This document shows, one piece after another, positions 1 to 11,639 of a stretch of DNA of 64,000 nt. The notes beneath the pieces are model-generated. The model made no database searches. It was not told the DNA's origin and saw only the letters and a list, made by a program, of their open reading frames with translations. The first letter of the stretch is position 1. Each line of letters opens with the position of its first letter. Made by a program: the position numbers and the translations under genes. This DNA is from Basidiobolus meristosporus CBS 931.73 (Eukaryota; Fungi; Basidiobolomycota), in NCBI GenBank assembly GCA_002104905.1, contig MCFE01000005.1, positions 186,001-250,000 of the forward strand. Direction: 5' to 3'.

Positions 1-962
1 CAACTGTTCTTCTGCTGCTGTTGGCAATGGGGATTGGTTGGGAGCCAAACAACTTTGCTTCATTTCTTGTTGGCATATATATGGAAGTGAGTTAAACCAA
101 AGGGGAGACAGTGTTGCAGATACATGTGTATGTGGTGCCACAACTATATTTTAACTCTAACTATGGCAGGTCATCATTGATTCTTGGAATCATGTGGCGC
201 AATGTCTTGAATACAAGGCTCTTGTAAACTCACATGAGTATTGGCAAAAAAGTGATATTATGGTTTTACATTGCTCAGTATCAAACTGTTTGTCCCATGG
301 ACAAGTCCACTTTGTTTCAACACCGTAAGAGAAGAGAAAAAAACCACGTGGCTATTGTAGTAACCCTCTCAGCTGTGAAGTACACAGAAAGCATAGGAAG
401 TATTATAAGGATCACAGCCAGTGCTTTGCCACACAAGTCATATTTGGCTATTCACCAGTCACCACTGTACCAACAATAACTCGCCAGCCACTTGATACTT
501 TTATGACTGCATCTGGGCATACTTGTTACCTTGGGCAAGCTGAGTCAGGTTAGTTTGCGCTGCTTTTATGCTCAGCCCAGCCTTCTGAATATGGCACGCA
601 GAGTGATAGCTCTGAAGAAGCAGGCTCACTGATGGATTGTTAGCCTGTCATCCCAAACAACATTACCTTGCATGAACCAAGCAATATCCCATTATGCAAT
701 GAGATAACACCTGTGGAAAAAAATGCCAAGGATAGTGTACAGAGCCAAGTGAGCCCATTCATCCATCCACTGGTGAATGATGTGGTGTGGTGGCTAGTGA
801 AGTGGTGTATCTCCGCAAATATCAGTAATGGGGGCTTTGAGGATTTACTGCTTTTTTTACCAAAATCATCCAGGGATGCAATTTACCATGTACATGGTAT
901 AATGGACAACTGCAAAGTGGCAGGCAACACATGACCCAGAGACTGTCCTGATATCAGCATGT
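1..962 (+). mobile_element. Fragment of CMC/CACTA-family DNA transposon (region at the transposase 5' end), truncated
   Basis: Colinear with 21880-22840 (+) and with the reverse complement of ~3200-4150. ORF remnants share the 'HRKRREKNHVAIV' and 'EITPVEKNAKD' segments. Confidence 0.75.
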
Positions 963-1599
963 CCCAATGAAAACTAATTTGGTCTCACTGGTGGATCCCA
1001 TCCGGATCAGCTGTCAGGATCCCATTGAGCAACTGTCATAATAGCAGCAGCATGGAATTAGTGACCCTCCTAACAATCTTATGACAGGATCACAATGGTG
1101 CTTTACTAATTTTACAACCAAATAAAGTGATAAAACTTGACAATATTTTATTGGTGCTGTGACAATACTTGCATGGTACTGTTGCGGTCTTTTATCACTC
1201 AATAACTATTTCAAGTGGATCCAGTTGGCCAGAACATCCAATTGCCGTACATGGCAAGAAACTTGACAGTATTTTGATGGCCTCACAGCAAGACTTTGAT
1301 GGCATTATACTGTACTGCTGGTAGCATATACTTCTTCACACATATGCTTGGTTATTGCCACTTATGCCATGAATATCTTCTGAATATCTGTAAAGAACTT
1401 GTTGGTATTTAGCCAATATATTACTTCTCCCTGCTGGATTCTAGTCCCCCTTATAGGTGTGCTCTGGCCTTTGTTTGTGTGAATTCTGTGTTGAATGGTG
1501 TAGAAGTTGGCTTGCAACCATGAGAAATCCAGCATACCTTGGTAGAGTTTTCCTAATAAAAATTAGCTGCTTGTTGCACCAAACCCAACTTTGCATTAC

Positions 1600-3833
1600 T
1601 TAACTGATTACCCACACATTGGGGCTTCTTAGCTTCTTAATTCCATAGGCATAGGTGTCTCTATGTGCACATTTGTCCTCAATATTTTCCAACTCTTTCT
1701 GGCTGTCCTCCATGTGCCAACTCATCACATCCATGATGAAATTGAAGGTAATATTCTTGATGAGATTGGGATATGGTGGTACCTGCAAATTGACTTGTCT
1801 TCCAATCTCCCCACACATCTGCTCCATAGGAAACTCCCAAAAGGTGAAGCAAGGCCCAATATTCTCCACATATTGTGTAAGATGGAGTAGAAAATGAATA
1901 CAGTAGCGGCAGAGATCTATGCGTTCAGCTTTATGTTTGTAGTATAGCTGCTCAAATCTCATCACAAACTCCTCACACAACAGTTATAGATGCGTCAAGT
2001 TGATATTGGTAATCCGCTTCTAGATAAATATTCATTCAATGTCCACATATGACTCCCAATGCTTCCAATGTACTCTTAGTAGGAATGGCTTCACAACACC
2101 ACATGAATAAATACATATCCAGTTTATCCAGTATTTGCATTTGTATTGTTGCACATACATATGAATATTCATTAGAGCCTGTGAGAAGTACTTAGGATGG
2201 CATAAAATCTGTAATATCTTGCCAATTCTCTCAAATTTCTCCAGTATCTTGAAGGGCACTGTTAGCTTGAGATGCCTTGTGTACAACTTGGTCATCAGTA
2301 TAAGGATATTGTTGAACAGCAAATTCATTACTCCCAGTGGAAAGCTTTTGCTCTAATGGACATCCTCTATCTTGAGTATCTCTGGCTTCCAATTGATTCC
2401 ATAATCCGGCCAATGGCTTATAGCTTGCCAACTTTGCTGCAATTGTATGCTGACTTATGTATGTTCTCTCTGTGGAAAAATGATGTTCTTAGTGCTGGTG
2501 TTTGGGTAATAATAATGTGAGTGAGTTATGGAGTAAATCCTTTGGATCTCACACATTTAACAGCAATACTATCCATTGTGCATGGAGAAACCTGCTATCT
2601 TGCTGATGGCTGGGGTGTCTCCAATGCAGATAATAATATGTGCTTTTACATGATGGCCATTTACTACTGTCCTAATGGAAAGAATTTGAAGTTCATCCAG
2701 CAATGCATACAGGTAGCTATCCAGGTTGGACGGTGATTTAGGCCCAGATACCAGTGAGACTACCATCAGATTACTGCTCTGATAGTGTGAGATGGGTGGC
2801 AGATTCAGGTTGATGAGTATCAGTGGTCAGCAGGATGGGCTAGTAGAGTACCTGTCTAGTGAGAATCCATCAAGTGCTAAAGCAAGGGCATGATCATACA
2901 TACCTTCAAAGTGGCCCTTGCTTCTTAGCTGTTTGTAATGTTTGCAATCAAATATGTTATATTTGTTTGCACTTGATTGATACTGAGTGCTGTACTGTTT
3001 AGCTTTGCAATGTTTGTCAAACTGCATCAGCTTCCTCAGACAAGGTATGATCAGAATATATCCAGAGTGTGAACAATGTTTTCCCTCAATGGTGGTGGAT
3101 TCTTGGCAATTTGGACATGTTGGCATGGTAGCATTTTTGGATGTGAATGCCATGCAACTGTTACACATGCTTGAATCAGGACAGTCTCTGGATCATACGT
3201 TGCCAGCCACATAATGGTTGACCATTTGTACCATGTACATAGCAAGTTGCATTTGGGTATGATTTTGGCAAGAAGTAGTAATTAGTCCTCAAAGTCCCCA
3301 TTACTGATATTAGTGGAAACATGCCTCCTCTCTAGCCACAGCATTACATCATTTCCTGGCAGATGGATTACTGAGCTCACTTGGCTCCCTAAAGTATCCT
3401 TGGCATTGGTTTCAACGGGTTTTGTCTCATTGCATATAGGGATTTGACCAGCCTCATGTGTGATACAGTTGTCAGGGGAGGTAGGCTCCAAATCCATCAG
3501 TAAACCTTCTTATTCAGAGCTATCACTTGGCGTGCCATATTCAGAAGGCTGAGGTGAGCATAAATGCATCATAAACTCAACTGACTCCATTTGCACAAGG
3601 TGACAAAGATGGACAGGTGCCAATATAGAAGTATAAACTGACTGGCAAGATAATGTTGGTACAGTAGTGACCAATGAATGGTCAAATATGACTTGGGTTG
3701 TGAAATACCGGCCATGATCCTTGTAATACTTCCTATGCTGTCTGCATGCTTCATGGCTGAGAGGCTTGCCACAATAGCCACATGGTCTTTTTTCACTTCT
3801 CTTTTGGTGTTGAGTCAAAGTAATCTTGTCCAT
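1600..3833 (-). pseudogene. CMC/CACTA transposase, fragmented by stops and frameshifts
   Basis: Motifs 'ALALALDGF', 'VSLVSGPKSPSNLDSYLYALLDEL', 'IGDTPAISKIAGF' and 'IHFLLHLTQYVENIGPCFTFWEFPMEQMCG', plus Cys/His-rich N-terminal segments, are typical of CACTA tnp2 transposases. Confidence 0.8.
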
Positions 3834-4251
3834 AGGGCAAACATTTTAACCTTCAACAACATAATGCTATTATATCACTTTTTGGTCAATACTCATGTGA
3901 ACTTAAGACAGTCTTGTATTTGAGACATTGCACCTATATGAATGTAAGATTCAGTAATGACCCACCAAAGTTAGCATTATAAATAAAGTTGTGGCACCAC
4001 ATACACATGTATATGTAGCACTCTTTCCCCTTTGGTTTGACTCACTTCCATATATGTGCCACCAAAAAATACAGCAAAGTTATCTGGTTCTCAACAAGCC
4101 CCACAGCTGACAGCAACAGAAGAACGGTTGGACAACAGCTTGCTTTGACATTCAGTGCAACAAGTAGGGCTACATCCATAAAAGGCCCTAAGGACAGTGT
4201 GCCCATTGAAGGTAATGATGCAGACTCCTCAGGCTCTCAGTCAAATAGACA

Positions 4252-5931
4252 TTGAGAACCTCAGCAGAACCACAAGCTGACTGTTATGCTCAGGCAGATG
4301 AGACTGTAGCAAATGCAGTACCCTTAGTTGAAGATCAGCAAGTGGCCATGATAACATCTCCACCACTCACATTAACAAGTATGTTGTCTGCTCATACCAA
4401 GGCATCAATGAAGCAATTAGGTGAAATGGCTGATTGGATAGATGCAATGGCCCAGAGCAATCTGGAGATAGTCCAGAAACAGGATGAGTGGATAATACAT
4501 GTGGAGCAATCAATATCCCAGGTAGAGAAAGCAGTATCTTTGTGGTAAAGAAGGAACTTGAGTAGCTCAATGTCACAGCCAAGAATTGAGCCATTTCCCA
4601 ATGTAAAAGCAGAGGAACACCATACAGTCTTTGAAGCACAACAACAGTGCCCAGAGATAAAGCCCACAGAAAAGCCCATCATAGCAAGATAGGGAGACAA
4701 TATGGTATTTATAACAAAGCCTAAAAATCAAAAGACATTGAAGATCTGTGTAGCCATTGAGTGCAATTATGAAAAGTGGGCTAATAGACAAGTGGCTGTC
4801 AGAAGTCTTGCATGCTATCGCCTAAGGGCCAGCATATGATGGGACCATCAGGAACTCAAGGCCAAGCAGAATGCACTTGACTGGTTCCATGAGCACTATC
4901 CTGGATTCAAATGGGAAAAGAGATTTTGGGCCAGCATTTGTATGCCAAGAAAGTATCTGATGAATAGCAGAAACTATCAAAGACAGAATAATAAGGGCGC
5001 CATGGCTAAAAACCTGCGGTTTCCTCAAGAGCCCATTACAAGCAGTGCCAAAAGCTCCAGACAAGCGTCAAAGTGACATCAGGTAGCTGGAAGAGTGCCA
5101 ATCAGGGACAAGCAGGCAGACAAAGATGCACCAGCACAACATTAATCAAGGAAAAAGTGTAGTACCACTCAAGAAGCACCCAGTCATAGTAGCAGTGAAG
5201 GACCTGGCAGTGATAAAAACCAGCCGCTTTTACAGGAGCCCATCACAACTATGGTTGAGAGCTAAAAGCAAGCAGAAAAGAAGCGTCAGTTTGCCAGAAG
5301 AGTGCAAGCAAGGGACAGGCAGGCCAAAACAGATGCATCAGAGCAGAATTTATCCAGGAGCAAATGTAGTTCTTTACAAGAAGCACTCAGACAAAGTAGC
5401 AGTGAAAGACCTGGCAGTGACAAAGGAAAAGGTAAAGGGAAAAATGCCTACCCAAGCCTGAGACAGGGAGGCATACCAAAAAAATTGCAGTTCTCACCAA
5501 TTAACAGCGCAAGCCAGGAATAGACTGCATCCCATCATAGCCAAGAAGAATTACCTACAAGAAAACAGCTGCTTTCACAAGAGTTGGAAGTGCAGCCAGT
5601 TGAGCTACACTCTGGCAAGGTAGATGAGTTTGCTGAAAAAGGCAACTTGTCTACCACAGCCTCCACAGCCTCCATTGTTGACAGAGTGGAGATCCCACTG
5701 ACAGACAAGGCTACAATGTCAAGAGCTTAAAGGACTATAACAATGCCTTCAGTGGAGTTTTGGAACATTAATAGGCACACCAAGAGGTTGCAGCATTTCT
5801 TCAAGATCAGTGCCCAAGAAAATGAGCTGGAATATTGCAAGGACTTGATGCAAGGACTGGTAGATGAGGTGCTAGACCTTGCAGTACTGGCTAAAGCCCA
5901 GGATGTGTGGGAACTATTGAATGAACAGTGA
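4252..5931 (+). pseudogene. Accessory ORF of the CMC element, divergent from the transposase; unknown coiled-coil/low-complexity protein
   Basis: Chain of + strand ORF remnants (4252-4548, 5302-5523, 5743-5931). Homologous segments lie on the - strand of copy 2 (e.g. 20547-20780 'VEIPLTDKA..FWNINGHTKRLQ'). Confidence 0.5.
5000..5430. repeat. ~207-bp degenerate tandem duplication inside the CMC accessory ORF
   Basis: caagaagcac...gtagcagtgaa(g/a)gacctggcagtga occurs at ~5171 and ~5378. It is also duplicated in copy 2 (~20900-21240). Confidence 0.65.
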
Positions 5932-6479
5932 CATTAAGCCATTGGGTTCCTTCCAAAGTTGTGGACCAGATCATTGCAGCAGAAACACTTATTGAGTGGT
6001 GGATGTTAATGGAGTTACTTTTGAGTGTGGAGTTGGGCCTAATGTTAGTGTAAGGTATAGGGACTTGTATAGGTCAATACAATTGGCAATTAAGGTACAA
6101 CTGAAGTTTCAATGGAAATAAATCAATTTGTACGCATGAAAAGTAAGAGAAACGGTTGAGTCAGGAAGTAAGGAGTGTGAAAAAGAGGCAATAGCCAATC
6201 AATGTGCACAAATGTAGGAGGCAATAAAGTGTCTGGGCTCAGAAAGTGAGCATATTGGTAGGGAACCAATCAAAAGCCACTTATACATTGTTGTGATAAA
6301 AAGTTTTGACTAAGTTTTTTGCAAAATCTGGGGTGCAATTATATTTCAAAAGTCTCTGGACAGTGTCCTGACGGAATCAGTACCTCTTAGTCACAGGACT
6401 TCAGCTTTGTGATGGCCATTTGACAGGATCATCTCAATAATTTTTCATAGGGAACTGACTCAGTGTAATGTAATTCAGT

Positions 6480-7800
6480 CAATATACCAAGTGGTATTTC
6501 ATTTTCTACCTTCCCTTGTGCCATTCATGTACTCTACTATAGAATTGTACCTCTTTATTTGAGTATCTACTACTCCTGTTGGGATCCCACATATTGCTTG
6601 AGTCAAAACAAACCGTGGTCTCTTGCTTACAAACCTCTATTTATGTATGCACATCCACCACCACTAATAGATGTATCTAACACCACTATTTCACAACTGT
6701 TGAGTGTGATACTAGCAAAGTTGACATCAATCTTGTATTGCTAGCATTAGCACATTTTACCTACATATGCCTAGTTACTACCACTTTTCCTGTCAGTGCC
6801 TCTTAACTAGCCACCAAATACTGTTAGGTACTTGGCCAATATGATTCTTCTCCTTACTAGATACTAGTTCACCTTATAGGTGTGCTGTAGCTCTTGTTCA
6901 TATGTGCTCTTTGCCAAAAGGGGTGGAGGTTGGGTTGTACACAGGTGTAATTGTCATATCTAAGCTCAGTTGTCACAAAGTAATCAGTTGCTTGTGGCAT
7001 CCAACCCAATCTTACATTGCTCATCTGCTCACCCACTCATTTGAGCTGCTTAGCATCCTAATACCAATGGCATAGGTATCTCCATGTGCACATCTGTGCT
7101 CAGCATTTTTGTCCTCTTTCTGGCTGTCCTCTATATGCCAATTCTTTGTACCCATGATAGACTTAAAAGTAGTTTTTTTGATGTGATTGAGATATGGTAA
7201 AACTGTTAACTTTGCTTGTCATTCATTCTCCCACATATCCCCCCACAGGATACCCTAACCGGCAAATAAAAGTCCAATACTTTCAACATGCTAAGCAGGG
7301 TGCAGTATACAACAGATACAGTAGCCGCAGAGATCTACACATTCAACTTTATACTTGTAGTGTAGCCAATCATATCCTGTCACAAACTCCCTGTGTAAAA
7401 AGGTGCAGTTGGGCTATATTGCATTGGTAATCCAATCCTGGAAGAATATTTGTGCAATATCAGCATATGACTTTCATTACTTCCAAGGTACTCAGGGTGG
7501 GAATTTCTTCCAAAGGCAACTTGAAAAGATACATATCAAGAACTTTCAGTCCTTATATCCATACTTTTATATAGGAATATGAGTTGCACTTGAAACTTGT
7601 AAGAGGTTCTCTGTGCAGTAGATACTCTGAGATATCCTACCTATTCTTTCAAATTTCTCAGGTATCCAAAGAGCTCATTTAGCTTAGAATGCCCTATGTG
7701 CGGCTTTGTAATTGGTATTGGGATACTGTCAAAGAGCAAATGCATTGCTCCCAGTGGAAAGCTCTTGCTCCAACTAATTACCTCTATCTTGAGTTTCTCC
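6480..7800 (-). mobile_element. More diverged CMC transposase relic (third family member)
   Basis: Aligns by eye to ~1150-2400 of copy 1, e.g. cagtagccgcagagatctacac vs cagtagcggcagagatctatgc, and cccagtggaaagct. Confidence 0.7.
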
Positions 7801-8649
7801 AGTGTGATGGTGTTAAGAAGCAACTGAATGAGTGAACCCTATGATAAGTCTCAAACTTCAAATTCATCTGATTTTCAGCTGGTATTCATCTGGTATTTTA
7901 ATGGTTTTTGCTGGTATTCAGCTGGTGTTTTGGTTCAATATTTCAAATGCAATTTGCAATGGAAGCAATGGGCAGCTAATCACCAAACTTAGTGTGGACA
8001 CTAGTTGGCATAATACTGTCCTGAAGAGCTTGATTGCTTGCCTACTCATCAGCCAACTACAGAGATCTTGAGAATTTTCTCTTTCAGAAACTTGGAATTC
8101 AGCTGATATTATGATGGTATTTTACTGACCTTTTCTTGATTTTTTTTCTTAGGGTGAAAGTACTAGCTTACTGGGTGGACTAAGTTTCTCCAAAGACTTC
8201 ACAGGTGTAACTGCCTAGGTAGGTGCAGTCTTCAACTGCTATCCAATAAGGGAAAGGTTACTCATAGTAGGGTTGATATATTGGTGAGTAGTTGACTTTC
8301 CACTTCTACCTTTCTGATTGCCAAGTGATTACCAATAACAAGGTTTGAGAAGATTCCAAGAATCAGTTGAATTGATAATGGCATCAATGTGAAATAAAAA
8401 TACCCTCTGAAAGTCCAAAAGATTCTAAAAGGTGCAGCACATCCAACTAATCAAGCCTCAGTAGTCTGCAACTTGGGTAACATAGAGATACCAAAAACTA
8501 ATAAGTTACATGTGGACAAGTGAATTTTATATGCCCTATCCTATCCAGCATGTGCAGCACCATTCACTGCTTTAAAGTACAAGTGGGCACAGTGCTATAG
8601 CTACCAGTAGGCAACATTGCTCTTGGACAATTCTGCACCATGTGGGGCA

Positions 8650-9750
8650 ATCTTGTATATTATGGCACAATCTGACACAACAAGGTTGGTGTCAGTGATT
8701 GTACCAACCTGTGATGTTGGCTCCACATATGCATTCAGATGCAACTATCATGGTTGGTAAAATCTGGTTTTTGAATATGTTTCTCACATGTAAATGACAA
8801 TTAATGCACACTACTCTATACACAATACTGATACTTACCATTTGAGCTACCATACCTGTGATTGGATGGCATGTCAGGTATTGATTGGTCCAGAAGTATC
8901 TTAAAGCTGTGAGCCTCTAACTGCCTTATTTACCAATATACAAGCTGCATGATTTGCCATCAAATATCCCATTTTGTTTAATGAGCAGGTAAATCCCAGA
9001 CTTGAGTGATTGCACAAGCTATGGTATGTAGTATGCAACCAATCAGGTAGCTGCGGACCAGAACCAACAGCTACACTGGTGTTAGAGATGATGGAAGAAT
9101 TTGCAGAATGCTTATTTGAAAGGTTTCTGTCTCAAGTGCTAGAAGTCCTTGCTACTACTCACATCAAGAACCTGGCAATCATTGGTTTGAATTGGAATGC
9201 AAAATACTAGGTTGTTTGAGTCATGATAAATGATAATAGCCCCTGGCAATTGCTTCAACTTTACCTAGTTTTATATTTCACAGGTATTACTTGTTAGCAT
9301 ATGGTGGTGATTTACTTTGCACCCCCAATCTACATTCTTGGAGATTATCATCCAAAAGCAACTTGCAGATGGTCAGGCATAATGGCAAACATAGGTGCAA
9401 GATGTTGCATTAATGTGGCCCTTGGCTGAGTCCAATGTGATGCTGTGTGTAATGGAACATGGCCTGCTTCAGTGCACTTGTATCAAGCAAAACAAAGCAG
9501 TTGTCAAGTTCTGGTAGTTTTGCTCTGAACTCCACACATTGAACCCACATGCATTGGCTTGGAGCATGGTGCTCATGTGAAAAATATTAGCATAGATTGG
9601 ACTGACATGTGCAGGCATGCTGGCACAACATGGCTTGGTCAGGAAGCTGGCAAGGCCAGCTGTTGCAATATTGAAATAGTTGCAAGTAGTCTGTTTTGTT
9701 TTACACTGAGTACACCTTTTATTGCTGCAGATACTCACTTTCTATCTGCC
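8650..9750 (-). mobile_element. Heavily decayed, possibly CMC-like transposase relic
   Basis: Short minus-strand motifs 'YFAFQFKPMIARFL' and 'GIFDGKS' resemble the 'NIFDCKHYKQL' region of copy 1. CpG-depleted. Weak evidence. Confidence 0.3.
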
Positions 9751-9989
9751 TGATACTTTGGAGCTGCTACCTTGCTGAGTCCTGTGTATATTACTCTTGG
9801 ACACCACTCAGCTCTACAAATATATCATGTAGTACAGTAGTTATTTGAGGCAAAATGATGCTCGAGATCATGTTGGTACCAAAAGTTGAGGAACAAGCAG
9901 ATGCATTTGGTCCATACTGCCTAAATTGCATACAGGATTGCATGCATGCAGCCTCCACATCAAGTCCTTACAATCTCTGCCAAGTTCTG

Positions 9990-10106
9990 ATTGGCACACT
10001 AAATCCAGCACCAAAGAATTGTAATATGCTACAAAAATGCAAGCCACTATCTTGGTCCACTGGTACTCTATGGCACTATAAGTGCTTTGCTTAGGTTTTA
10101 CTTTAG

Positions 10107-10146
<40 letters not shown>

Positions 10147-10514
10147 TACCTTAGGCTTATTTCTAAATACAGTGCCAGACAGTAAAGGTGGACTAAGAAA
10201 GTGCCATGCATTTTTGTCAAATGTTGCAAGCCTTTAGAGCTTGACTCAGAGGGCCATGGGTATTAAGTACCAAAGGCATGTCATCTGCCCTTCTGTACTC
10301 TTATGCATCATACTGAACATTGATGCCAAAAAAAAGTTAAAGAATGCTTTTTCTCCAGCACAGTGGGTGAAACACAGGGGCTGCTTTACGTGACAGTGTA
10401 GAATTCTATTTCTCATTGTGTGGCCAAGCATGAGTTTGCTATGCCACTCTGGCACACTATGACTTTGTCTGGCACCCATGGCTCAGTGAGGCCGTATCTG
10501 ACAGAACAAGTCTA
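9990..10514. mobile_element. Foldback/palindromic element copy with truncated left arm, (TA)n in the spacer and a full right arm
   Basis: Arms and central spacer are homologous to the inverted form of 25196-25929. It ends in gaacaagtcta at 10514. Confidence 0.7.
10110..10144. repeat. (TA)17 microsatellite
   Basis: Directly visible. Confidence 0.95.
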
Positions 10515-10628
10515 CTATGCATGATACATTGTAGATAGCCTTGACATGGATCATTGTCACATCAGTTGCAGATTTTTTATTTTCATTATAGAATTTTGAG
10601 TAATTTACAAATTTAATCACCATGTCTT

Positions 10629-10990
10629 CAGATTTACTTTGTTGGATAGTGTCACATGAGTCATGAGTCCCATATAGTGCCATGGTGTGCCAGAGTGGCA
10701 TAGCAGACCTATACCTGGTCACAGAGTTTGAAAGATAACTCTTCATCTTTGTGCAGAGCAGCCCCTATGCTTCTACTGCTATGCCGGAGAAGATCCATTT
10801 TTTTGGAGAAATTTTGTTCATGATGTATAAGAGCACAGAAGGCCTGAAGAGATGTACTTAGTGCTCAACAGCCATTGCACTCTGAGCTTAACTTCAGAGG
10901 CTTGTAACACATGACAAAAATGTATAGCAACATTTTGGTCCACTGATGCAATCTAGCACTATGAGTGCCTTATATAGGTTTTACATCAGG
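10629..10990. mobile_element. Half foldback element (left arm plus spacer)
   Basis: Homologous to 25196-25583, inverted relative to 10168-10514, and more diverged. Confidence 0.65.
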
Positions 10991-11014
10991 TGTATTATTA
11001 CTAACACTTTGATA

Positions 11015-11249
11015 CCTTGCCATATAGCTTGTACTCTGTTAGCCTCTTCAAGACCTTTTTGATATGCACCAAGTGGTCCTCCTGTGTTGTACTGTATATA
11101 AATATGTCATTTAGGTGAATTATTGCAAATGTGTCTAAGTACTTCTACAAGAGAGTGATCATCAAAGTCATGAATGTTGCTAGGGCCTTCTGAGGAAATA
11201 TATATATGAGTGAGGTATGAGCAGTTGGTACAGTGCACTTGACTCCTTC
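11015..11249 (-). mobile_element. Older Ty3/Gypsy relic (RT and RNase H pieces), left part of the host of the 11250-16220 insertion
   Basis: 11015-11185 aligns to ~13620-13795; 11186-11249 aligns to ~13042-13105. Confidence 0.7.
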
Positions 11250-11617
11250 TGTTACAAGTCTTGGTAATAGAGTGGTAGAGGGATAGGGAGTTTAGCTAGT
11301 ATTGTATTCACTAAAACTTGAACTGATTTTTATTGAGGTTCCAGCAACTCCTTGTATACATTTTGCCAGATCAATTGCTGACTAATTGTATGTCCTAATG
11401 TAGGTTGTGGCTGTTGACTCTTCTGATTGCATCATCATCACCCAATAAGATCCTACTTAATATATCTATTTCTGTCCAATAAGGATCTGCTGATGCATTT
11501 GCTGACTAAAGCTACTGATTTCATAGATAATACTGATATACTGATAACCTAAACATATACTAATTGATTTGACTAAAAACTGATCTAACTTAAACATTCA
11601 TGCGGCAGATCATAACA
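11250..11617 (-). repeat. 3' LTR of the Gypsy element
   Basis: tgttaca...cataaca; adjacent to the PPT (ttctcccctac on + at 11618-11628). Confidence 0.92.
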
Positions 11618-11639
11618 TTCTCCCCTACTAAAGTTGAGA

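Larger units (their letters stand above)
963..6452 (-). mobile_element. Full-length but decayed CMC/CACTA (EnSpm-like) DNA transposon, copy 1
   Basis: TIRs cccaatgaaaactaatt (963-979) and the reverse complement of 6436-6452 (ccctatgaaaaattatt) match at 14/17. Internal Transposase_21-like and DUF4218-like remnants are present. No TSD seen. Confidence 0.8.
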
